From Azolla caroliniana (lineage: Eukaryota > Plantae > Polypodiophyta): a stretch of DNA of 25,124 nucleotides. The notes below the pieces were generated by a model that was not told the DNA's origin, ran no database searches, and saw only the letters and a list, made by a program, of their open reading frames with translations. Where the stretch lies: the NCBI GenBank assembly GCA_043228905.1, contig JBHGNT010000445.1:1-25124 (forward strand). The letters are read 5' to 3'. The translations under genes and the position numbers were made by a program. Shown in pieces: positions 10,555 to 21,389 of the stretch. Position 1 is the first letter of the stretch. The number at the start of each line of letters is the position of its first letter.

Positions 10555-10835
10555 ATATTTTTATCTATCTCTTTCCTTCTGCTCTCTTTTTTTAGTAAAT
10601 ATTATCAACGCATTTGTTTTATTTTTGCTTTTTTCTTTTATTGACTTTCTTTTTCTTTTTCTTTTGTATTTTCTTTTTGCATATTTCACATTTTCTTTTT
10701 CTTTTATTTTCCTTTTCCTTTTTCTTTCGTTTTTGCTTGTTCTTTTTCCTTTTTCGCTTGTTTTTGCTTTTGCTTTTTGCGTTTGCTTTTGCTTCTTTTT
10801 CTTTTTTCTTTTTGTTTTGAGTTTGAAGTTTTTGT
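10555..10835. repeat. T-rich low-complexity tract upstream of the kinase
   Basis: About 280 bp of (TTTTC/TTTTG)-type sequence; it explains the spurious Phe- and Lys-rich ORFs in the track. Confidence 0.85.
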
Positions 10836-13800
10836 TATGTAATAACAAATCAATTAAATGGAATTTCTATTATCACACCCATCCATCCATCTAACCCCTT
10901 GGTGAGCTCAACCCTTCAAACCCATCCAATAAGTTTTATGTGTCCACATATCCACGACCGACCAATAGGAACATTAGTGTGAAATGAAATCCACTACAAA
11001 GTGTAAGAGACTGTGTATGTTGATCATGTCAAACCGTATGTAGATGATGACAAACCATACAATTGAATGACTTTGGGAAGCTCATGGACACACCCCCATC
11101 AGACATTCCCCGAGCCAATCCACAGATGGTTTGTCAATGTCTACCCATGTTTTCCTTTGCTGATGTAGATGGCTCATATCACATATTCCGGCTTATTTAA
11201 CTATTGATATTTAGAAATGTAGATACAAAACTAGCTTGAAACAATGTGCTCCCAAGTGGATAGACGGTCGGTACCTTCCCTACTAGCTTCATTAGGTATT
11301 AACACAACAATTGCGTGCAAGAGAACACCCCTTAGTAGTATTAATGTGGTAAAATGAATGTTAATCATAAGGGCTTTGGGTACAAAGGAAAATTGTAACA
11401 CCTCACATGATTGATGCCAATTGTGCTCCTACTAGGCTAGTGCTTGTGATTGAATTGATGGTAGTTAAACAATAGCTAAAATATAGGGATGCATCCAATA
11501 ATGGGATAACCTTTTGATCTAGGGAGGTGACAAGCACCTGAGTGTAACGATGCTATATTACATAGCCAATTTAACCCCTAATGTTGTATTATAAGGTCTT
11601 ATATGTGGATAAATGTTTGATACTGAATGTAGAACTACGAATTGGATTATTCAAGTGCGGTATGAGAGATTTTCTAAAACTAGAGGTTTGCCACCTCTAA
11701 GTTGGAATACAGAATCCCCCTTATCAAACAAGTTGGATTTTGTATCGAACTTGCCATCCTTTTCAAGATGTTCACAGCAAGATGAAAACACCACAGTCAA
11801 GATTTGATTAGAACCATTCAATCAAATACTTCTCTCATCTTGCGATTTCGATTATTTGTAGAGGCTTTTAAATTTTAATGTCAATGTTTGATTTGTTCTT
11901 ACTTGACCATTTATCAAGTTGATATAATTGTTTCATATTTTGGAACAGAGAGAAAGCTATGACTTAAGTTTGAAAACTAATGTGCAAATTTAAAAGCCTT
12001 AAAACGATCATATATATATTTAAAAACTTGTCAAAACAAACTATTGAGATTAGTATCCCGAGAACATTTTGGCATTAGTATAAACATTAACATAGAAGAG
12101 TCCAAAGTAAGAAAAGGTTGTTCGATTTGGTATTGTGAGTGAAAGATTTAAAAAAAAGTCTCTAATAGGCACAAACAAGTCATGTTTTGGTAGTTCCTAA
12201 AGTAAAACATAAAAGTAGGAAAAGCTTGAGATATTTCTTTCATTCTCCTTCTCGGAGTGGAAGGGAATCGATCCCCTAGGGGGGGGGGGGGGGAGCATTT
12301 GGTGTCGACAATGGATTGGTTCCAAAAAAAGTAGAGACAAGGCAATACCACGAGGGTAAAAATGCTAGATCAATTACGTGAAAGGGCATCCTTCGAAAGA
12401 GGCCAATTGTCAACAAATGATTGGTTTTGGGAAAGTAAAGCCGATACCAAAGTCTTTGGAAATTGTAGGGTACAAAGTTGGACAGATTGCTTCAAGAGGG
12501 GGAATGATGATCCCAAATGATTGGTAATTGAGGGTGAAATCATACAAGTGAACCAATAATATATATTAAATTTGAGCAAAGCACCACTAATCACATGAAT
12601 GCCTTCTTCAAGTCATCCACCTAACCATCCAACACATGTGAACACTATGATTATTTTTTCTACTGTTTTCTCCATGTCTATAAGCCTCTCCTATTGAAGG
12701 TCACATTGAAGATCACATGATACATATAGTTCTTCCGATTATTTAAGAGTTCTTGTTGTTTCCTTTTTCTACTCTCTAAATGTTAGTTCATGGTTGCATC
12801 CACATTAAATGGCAACACACCCTGTTTAGATGTGTGCATCATGATTATTTTTGAATTGTCATTTTTTATTCAATGCGACCACATATTGAGCTTCCTGGAC
12901 CAAGTTGCAATGGACAATATATGTCACAAAATGTCTTTTGATTTTATTCAACCTCAGTCATAAGCATTCTCGAAGAATGGTATCACATATCTCTATAGTT
13001 GCTAGGATTTGGTTAGGTAGTTAGCCCAATGTCAAGAGTTTGATTTCGAAAAGGAGAACTTATGCCAAAGAGTTTACATAATGCGACTAATATAATACAT
13101 TTTCTTTGGTGGAAAGCTAGCTCTAGATTCTCATGCTTTCTCATTGTCGTCATTATTGTGTACAATTTTACTACTTTTTATTATTATTTTGGATCATGAT
13201 GAAGAAAATAGGCGTGCCCTATCTAATTTGCTCACTTGTTCCATTAATTCTACGGGGGAAATGTTCAACCAAAATGATATATTGTCAAACCTATTAGAAA
13301 GCAATATTGTTGTCTCATGGAATGTGTAACCACTAGTGCGTTTGCACAAAATACACCTAACAACTAACATAGATACATAATCGTGTTTCTAATATGACAA
13401 CCATAGTGCACCAATGGATAATATAAAAGATGGATCATACCCCTTCAAAATGAGACATCAAAACGAAACAAAAAGACAATTTTTGTAGCATATATTGTTT
13501 TGCTCTAGAGCGTTACGCTATACAAAACTTTTGTCTTGTCTTCTTTTTCCAATATCGAATATATGGTACTTTGAAAGGAGTAATTCGCCTACATACTCCC
13601 CACGTGTCAACTAAGCATTTGTGTCTGATTGTCATGGGACCCAGACAAATTTGGAGTCATTGCCCATAACTCTTTCTGTCCCTCAACTTTCAAGGGAGCC
13701 CTTCAAGGGGGTTCTAATATATCTTCTTTCCTCCACCTAAAAGAAATGTGTCACATCTACACTTCCATCAATGCTACCTCCTCTTCTTTTTTGTTGAGTC

Positions 13801-16404
13801 ATGACATTCCAACTTCATTCATTGCATTTCTTTGCAAGTTCGTGTTGTCGTTTCCTCCTATTCTATTTTATATTATACTAATTGAAGGAGACTTTTACTT
13901 CACAATTGATAGACCATCATTTGAAAACAACTTTATAACATTTCTACACATGGAAAAAAGAATCACAAAATTGCAAAATAGGTTGTTTTCCTTTGGGAAT
14001 ACAATATTGCTAGGTAGGAAATATTCTAGTGAAAGGTATGTCAGCTATGGGCAAATCAAACAATAGATAGTACATGATGGTAGTGAGGCCCAACTATTCT
14101 TCGAAAGATTAAGGTGGATATGCGGCAAATATTTGTCTTCCTTCAGCAAATATACACAAAATATGAAACATGAAGGATTATGTGCGAGTACGTTATTCCA
14201 CCCCTTACGGATAGAATAGACAAGAACATGATGTTGATTGGAATTTGGGGGTGATCGTTAGCATCAACCATAGGAGTTTAACAAATGTCTTATTGTGGTG
14301 GTTTTTGCATAACCCTCTCTGTCTCTCTCTACACATAAAAACACAAAGACCTCCCTAGACGACCTCTGTGAGCACTCTCTAACACACTCTTAAATGATTA
14401 ACAAGCCATACATATATAATGCCATTTCTCGTTACATTTTAAATCAAGAACCACCCTTCTATTTGTTGAGGGTTCTCCCTCTTGGTTTGACATCACATAT
14501 GGCTTGATAGTCAAGTTAGCCTTAATTATGAATTGTACCAAACAAAATTCCATTACAAGACATTTGTTGTAATACCTTAACGGTAAGTGGTCATGTTTGT
14601 GATACAAAATCTTGGATTCAAATTCTACCTCCAACATATCTTTGTTACACAATGTTTAAGTTTTCATAAACTACATGCCACATCAATGTATCAAACTCAA
14701 GAGCTTGTGTATTCAAATGGGAAAATATCCATCCATTTGTACGTAGGTATGTCTAGATAAATATCTATTTCAAACAAAAATGTCCCATTCTGTCTCACCC
14801 CAAGTCCAAATCATGGACATGCTAAAGCTATTTGTCTATACTATAATTATCTTTTTTTGTTTCCCTATTCTTATAAAAAAATCCAAGAAAAAACATTGGA
14901 TATAACAATTGAATATCTTTCATTGCATATAGATTGATCATAAATCAAATATTGAAGGAGATAGAGGTATTCCAACCCTCGATGCATATAAGTTGTACGA
15001 TGGATTATCAAGATGTGTTAGACTTGTTGACCATATGTGCAAGCAAAAGCATCATTTTTTTCTATCCAATCCTCAAAGCTTATTCCTCCTCAACATGTGA
15101 AAACATTTCGCGATGTATTTAATGTGTAAAATGTGCCCCAAACTATGCACAACTACCAACCATGCACCGGTTTTGGTAAAATCTACCCCTACTCTTGATG
15201 TCGCAACTATATGGAGTTCGATGTCATCCCATGTATCAATGGTAATCCAAGACCAACAAGCTAATATATAATGTTGCACCTCTACAACACATATCTACCA
15301 ATGATAATAGGTGATCCACCCAAACCAATAGGATGCTTCTCAAGTTTACAAGGCGCGACAATGCTTATGAGAACATTGAATGATTCAACTAGATCATAAG
15401 GTCTTATGAACCAATCACTAGTGGGACTAAGATCGTGACATTCATATTAATTCTAGATAACCAAGGGGATGTATGGTTTAGGGTGATTTGAGAGGACACC
15501 TTACATGACTACACCTATATCAAAGATGAATTCATTACTACTTTCGCATGATAAAGTAAACAATGGAACCTCATTGATTATATGTTTTCCTTAAAAACAA
15601 ATGCATAGAGACAATATGTGACTATACAGACAACATTATGAAAAACTTATGAATAGGTTCATTGCAAGTCTTTTTGACAAAACCTTGCATACCTTCTTAG
15701 AAGTTCAACAATGTTGCACCTCCTATGACAATTGTTTTGTAATGGTGGTCATGGAAGTTTATATGGTACATCTCAATCATGATGGCTACCAATCCAAGAG
15801 GGGTGTTGCCAAAATCACACTCCCAAATAACACAAATAAGAAAATAGAACTCCTAATAGGTTAGAGGCACTAAGGATGATGCAACAATATGTGAAAATGC
15901 CAAAATTACAATATTATGTTGAAAATGTCCTTAATGTTGGGCCCAATAAAAGATAAAAACACCAAAACATATCCAACTACATCTTAATACTCCATTACGC
16001 TTTGCTCTCAATGAACCTTAACACTTCTTCAAACTCATTTACACAAGTTGGGTGGTTGGGCTGGATTGTGGCATCATCACTAAAGTATGAAGACAAGGTC
16101 TTTCTACATCCACCATCCATGAACCATGATCATTAATGAAATGTTAGACTAGGAACACCCTTGATTGGAAACTTTCAAGATGATGAGAACTATGATTGGA
16201 GTTAGCTACATGTGCAACTTCTAAGAGCTTCACGAGAACACATCTATGAGTTGATCAAGTTATACTTTCCTTCGATGTAATTACCATAGGATCTAAACCA
16301 GCATATACCCATTTGATGGTGGACTGGGCCAAGGTGGTTGTCAAGCACCTTGGAGCTACTAGTTTACTTAACAATCTCTCTCTCTCTCGCTCTCTCTCTT
16401 CGTA

Positions 16405-16470
16405 ATTAGCTTACCCTAGTGGTAAGTTGTTAACACTACAAGCACTACATCTTGTGTTCGAAACCCAATT
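16405..16470 (+). mobile_element. Degenerate tRNA-derived (SINE-like) head
   Basis: A-box-like TACCCTAGTGG (16412-16422) and B-box GTTCGAAAC (16456-16464), 33 nt apart. I could not find a convincing cloverleaf. Confidence 0.4.
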
Positions 16471-16519
16471 TTTCTCCCCTCTCTATTATATACTTCATAC
16501 ATATATCTTAATTCACTAG

Positions 16520-16592
16520 ATGCCACCATGGAATGTAGGGGTTGAACCCATGACCACCTAATCTCTATCGGGCAACCTTACCAACATCCATT
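16520..16592 (-). mobile_element. Second degenerate tRNA-derived (SINE-like) head, opposite strand
   Basis: Minus strand reads TGGATGTTGGTAAG (weak A-box, 16590-16581), then GGTCATGGGTTCAACCCC (B-box 16547-16539), 33 nt apart. Confidence 0.35.
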
Positions 16593-16594
16593 TG

Positions 16595-16659
<65 letters not shown>
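16595..16659. repeat. (CT)28 microsatellite abutting the LINE 5' end
   Basis: Perfect CT repeat 16603-16658. Confidence 0.97.
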
Positions 16660-16662
<3 letters not shown>

Positions 16663-16909
16663 TCACTCTAACCATAATTGTTTCCATTCTATAGCTCATT
16701 GGAAAGCTCTTTCGGAGAGCTTTCTAAGGAATGTTCATTTACTGAATTCCGTTACCGTGGCAAGAAGTTATGAACATTTTCGTCTGCATCCATCTTTGCC
16801 CCACGGCTCCTCAAACGCAAGGTAGTTTTTGAAGCCCTAAATAAAGTGAAAGGTACATTTTCTCTCTCCCTCTCTCCCTCTCTCTCTTCTCGTAGGGTTT
16901 GTTCCTACA

Positions 16910-17788
16910 ATGACACACACTCGTAAGGCCGCCTCAAAGTTCGAGAGTATGATTGATAATTAACCGAAATCACCAACAAATGTTGATACCAATGCAATAA
17001 ACACAATGGACAAAATGTTTATGAGTCACTTGATTTCTCTTCAAGAAACCATAAACAAGCAAGGTGAAGAGATTAGGATGTTGAAAGAGAATGTTAAGCT
17101 CCAAACTATTGCCATTGAGAATGAAATTATTAAGAAAGTGGTTACAAAACTTGAAGAAGAGATTCAAGAATGTAAAAGAGCTTCTTTCGAAACAAATGAG
17201 CGCCTTAATAAGATTGAGTTTAAGGAAGCATTAAAAGAAGAAAGATTAGACACGATGAGGCGGGATGTAAGTGAGATGAAAAATGTATGTACAATGAAAT
17301 CATGGGCCGATGTATGTAGTGGAGATGGGGTATCAAACTTATCTAATATGCATATGATGCATCAAGAGAAGAATATAGAAAGCAAAGATGCCCGAGAATT
17401 GAAAGAGCGTGAACGAAGATCAAAGAACATTGTTATCCGTGGGATTAAAGAGGAGAGTATGGAAACACTCGCTTCCCTTGGAAAGGCCATTGGTGAATTT
17501 TTTAGCATGCATTATGGGATGTCAGATGTGAATGTATATGGGGCACACCGAGTTGGGAAACATGGTGTTACTCGCTCCGGAGAAAGGCCCATTGTATGCA
17601 CAATGACGGATGATACAAAGCGGTGGATCATACTTGAAAATAGTTGGGTATACCTCAAAGGTACGCAATGCTTTGTGAGTGAAGATCATACTATCTTACA
17701 ACAAAATGCCCGTCGTAAAGCATATGAAGAAAGATTGAAAAATAAGGTTACGGACATTGTGCTTAAAGATGGAACTGTAGGCAAATAG
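16910..17788 (+). pseudogene. LINE ORF1 (coiled coil plus L1/Transposase_22-type RRM-CTD); probable true start 16910 with a premature TAA at 16961
   Basis: Motifs ERERRSKNIVIRGIKE, GAHRVG, RPIVCTM and LKGTQCFVSEDHT...RR match L1/CR1/L2/RTEX-type ORF1 proteins. The in-frame upstream ATG gives MTHTRKAASK...; the ORF track shows 17006-17788. Confidence 0.8.
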
Positions 17789-18175
17789 GGACAAGTGACC
17801 TATGAGACTAAACTACGTCTTTTACGACTATGTTTTTGGAATTGCAATGGATACCCATGAAATGCGGGATTCGGCATAGAGGAGTTCATTGATGACTCGG
17901 ATATCACACTTCTTGTTGAAACATGGGAGCGTGATACTCAAAGGATTTAAGGTTTCGGAAACTATAATGTAGACTCTTTGATATGGGAGAAAAATCCAAG
18001 ACAAAGAAGAGGACAAGGAGGGGTGACATGTTTGATTAAGAAGGAAATAGAGAAATATGTGTCAATCGTAAAAAATGATGAACATAAATGCTACATATGG
18101 CTCAAAATAGAAACACTTAATGATTTGCCCACTTTTGTCGTTGGATGTTACATTCCTCATCAAGATTCTAACTTC
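17789..18175 (+). pseudogene. LINE ORF2 N-terminal APE (EEP) endonuclease, truncated, with two nonsense codons
   Basis: Same frame as ORF1: LRLCFWNCNG, DITLLVETW, RRGQGGVTCLIK, YIWLKI, VVGCYIP. Stops at 17858 (TGA) and 17948 (TAA). The GDFN and SDH motifs are absent. Confidence 0.82.
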
Positions 18176-21132
18176 TGTCGCCCCATTGGTTTAATCCGCC
18201 ATCTCGACTTCACACTCGGCGGCCACATGTTCACGATCTCAACCGTCGTGCTACGACTGGAGACACAAGGCGCCTACCCAATGTTACTAGGTCGACCATG
18301 GTTGCATACAACGAATATCAAGCAACATAGGCAACGCAACATGATCTCGTTCCGAAGAGGGAAGACAAAAGTCCAAATCATCACTGAAGAACGAGTACCC
18401 GTCGCCCTCAACATGTCGCCGTTATACGCGGAAGGGGTCCATATGCTCGATGGATTGGCCGATGAGGAGGTCGATGACTTCCTAGATGATCATCCCACGA
18501 TCATTCCTCTCTTCGAAATCAATGCCTTACCAACCATCGAGCCATCTAAAGACGAGGAAGTCACGGAGGAGTCACCACCCCAGGATGAACCCGATGCAAC
18601 CACAGTTGCCGAGCTACGTCATGCTCGGGAGGCTTTCGAACGCGAACTCACCGTTTCACAACGAGTGAAAGCATCAACCCTGGAAACAATAAACCTCGAT
18701 TCAGACGAGAATCCCCGTACGGTACAAATTGCCAATAATCTACCAACAAGCGAACGGGCATGCCTCATAAAATTACTCACCAACTACCAGGATGTTTTCG
18801 CTTGGTCTTACACCGATATGAAGGGGCTGGATCCTCAATACTACCAACATCAAATTCACATCTTACCCGACGCTCGGCCGGTTCAGCAGAGGCGCTACAG
18901 GATGAACCTCAACTACGCCGCTAAAGTCAAAGAGGAAATTGACAAGTTACTCCGAGTGGGCTTCATTCGCCCGGTTAAACGGGCTACATGGTTAAGCCCG
19001 ATCGTAGTAGTCCCAAAGAAGAACGGAAAAATCCGCGTCTGCGTCGACTATCGGAAGCTTAACGCGGCAACAGTCACCGACAGTTTCCCTCTCCCATTCA
19101 CGGATAGTGTCCTCGACACGGTAGCCGGCCACGAATGCTACAGTTTCCTCGACGGGTTCAACGGCTATAACCAAATAAGAATGCACCCGGAGGATCAGGA
19201 GAAAACCGCTTTCGTCACAGAATGGGGCGTTTTTGTAGCAGAAGTTATGATGTTCGGTCTAAAAACAGCGTCGGCTACGTTCCAGCGCATCATCATTGAA
19301 ATCTTTCATGACTACATCCTGGCATTCATGCAAGTTTTTCTCGACGATTTCGCCGTGTATGGCAATCAACGGGAACACATGACCAAGTTACGACTCTGCC
19401 TGGACCGATGTCACCAAGCTCGATTGAGTTTAAACCCGGCGAAATGCGCGTTCTTAGTCACCAGCGGCAACCTTCTCGGCCACATTGTTAGTCAAGAAGG
19501 CATCGTTATGGACCCAGATAAAGTAAAGGCAATCTTGGATGCCACCGCACCCTCGAATGCTAAGGCACTAAGCCGTTTTTTGGGACAGATCCGGTGGCAC
19601 AGCCGAATGATACGACACTTGGCCGATTTCGCGACACCCTTACACGCGGCAGTCCATCGCCTTCCTTTCCAATGGACGCCAGTCGAGGATACAGCTTATC
19701 AGACCCTGAAACGAATGCTGTCACGTGCCCCGGTGGTCCAGAGTCCGGTTTGGTCCAAACCATTTCACGTCTTCGTAGATGCTTCGGACATCGCCATCGG
19801 AAGTGCTCTGATGCAATGCACACCCCCGAAATGGTATAGGCCCGTGTACTACGCCAGCCGACGACTCTCGACTGCGGAAAAGAAATACTCCACCACCGAG
19901 CGGGAGGCCCTCGGAATAATTTATAGCATCAATAAATTTCGGCATTACCTCTTGGGCCGAAGATTTACCTTTCACGTGGATCACTCAGCCCTTATTTATT
20001 TGGTCAATAAACAAGCCCTCACTGGACGGTTGGCTCGGTGGATGCTCCTACTACAAGAGTTTGATTTTCAGATTCTGCATCGACCCGGGGTACAACATGC
20101 CGTCGCTGACTACTTGAGCCATCTTGAGTCAGGAGAACCGGCGAAAACAACGTACGACGAGCTACCGGACGCCAGCCTATTTAACCTGACCACGGTACCA
20201 GACGATAACGGAGATGAATGGATCACGGAGATGACCCATTTTCTCACTACCGGTGTACCTCCCGAGCACATGACCCTGGACACGAGAAAACGCCTAACAG
20301 TACGTAGCCGGAATTTTTGCCCTTGTCTTTTCATCGTAGATGTCCAATCGAGCTCGTTAGTGACCAAGGTGGGCACTTCATCAATCATATAATACGTGGG
20401 CTTACACACCACTACGCGGTGGTGCACAAGAAAAGCACACCATACTACCTGCAGGCGAACGGCTTGGCAGAATCAACAAATAAAATCCTCCAAACCATAT
20501 TGAAGAAGATCGTCAATGAAAACATGACCGATTGGGATGACAAACTCTAGAGCGCGTTGTGGGCGTATCGTACGACTTTCAAAACAAGCATCCAATCGAC
20601 CCCCTTTCGAATGGCGTTTGGGTTAGAAGCCGTAATGCCCATCGAGTTCCAAGTCCCGAGCCTCCGAGTTCAAGTCAGAGCACGGCTCCCCGAGGCCGAA
20701 TCCGAGCAATACCGGATGGAACAACTCCTCGAACTCGGGGAAGATAGGATAGAGAGTATGGCCCAGCTCGAACAACGCCAACGGCAACGCAAGGCTTTCG
20801 TGGATCGACATCGACATGGGTTGGAGAAGGAGCTCACCATCGGCAAACCGGTTCTTCTTTTTCAAACACGACTCGGGTCAATGCCGGGAAAATTAAGATT
20901 TCGGTGGACCGGTCCATTCTAGATTATCGACGAGTTCAACGGGACGTTCCAGCTCGGCACACTCGCCGGCGACACGGTCAAAAGTTGGGCCAATGGTTTT
21001 TGGCTTAGACCATATCGAGGGACTACACCACCCAACCCGTTTACCAAGCCACACGGCACCAACGAGACTCGGGAGATCACCACGGAGGACGCCACGTTCT
21101 TGAATAAGGACTCACCCACCTTCTTGAATTAA
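18176..21132 (+). pseudogene. pol: gypsy pol: protease C-terminus, reverse transcriptase, RNase H and disrupted integrase
   Basis: Protease LLGRPWL; RT DVFAWS, WLSPIVVVPKK, RVCVDYRKLN, LDGFNGYNQI, MMFGLK and FLDD (19337-19348); RNase H VDAS, EREAL, VDH, ADYLS; integrase CPIELVSDQG, STPYYLQANGLAE, LWAYRT, WTGPF. Deletion plus frameshift at about 20321-20340; TAG stops at 20548 and 20920; natural stop 21130-21132. Confidence 0.93.
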
Positions 21133-21389
21133 TAAAAGTAGTAGTAGGTAGGATGAACCATAGTTTAACCATAGGTAGGAGCTACACCTACACCACCCAC
21201 CTAGGCACCCACAATTTTAGGAGCACCCCTCACCTCCACTCTTAGTTCAAGTTACCTTCAACTCTCTATGCTCCACCCCTCGCCACCACTCAGTTAGTAC
21301 CTATTTAAGTTGTTCACACATGCAAACCACATGCAAAACACTAGAAGCACCCCACTCACCTTCAGGACACGTGACGTTAGTCACTTATT

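Larger units (their letters stand above)
16660..18175 (+). mobile_element. Non-LTR retrotransposon (LINE) 5' fragment: 5' UTR, ORF1 and truncated APE endonuclease
   Basis: ORF1 and endonuclease motifs as listed below. The 5' boundary is inferred from the end of the CT repeat; the 3' boundary is the abrupt switch to gypsy pol. Confidence 0.8.

Noticed and set aside
10288-10894. Lys-rich and Phe-rich ORFs
   Set aside because: Low-complexity T and GAA tracts.
12262-12293. G15 run after a short imperfect palindrome
   Set aside because: Isolated homopolymer; its G-quadruplex potential is trivial and there is no supporting context.
13622-14066. TGTCATGGGACCC as a possible solo-LTR start, and the 145-aa ORF here
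   Set aside because: No matching end, TSD, PBS or PPT found; the ORF has no recognisable motif.
10900-16370. Short ORFs in the intergenic block as genes or classifiable TE remnants
   Set aside because: Probably old TE-derived DNA, but I could not find diagnostic motifs in the frames examined; needs RepeatMasker or tBLASTx.
19337-19348. FLDD instead of YxDD as a dead RT active site
   Set aside because: FxDD is normal in Athila-related gypsy RTs.
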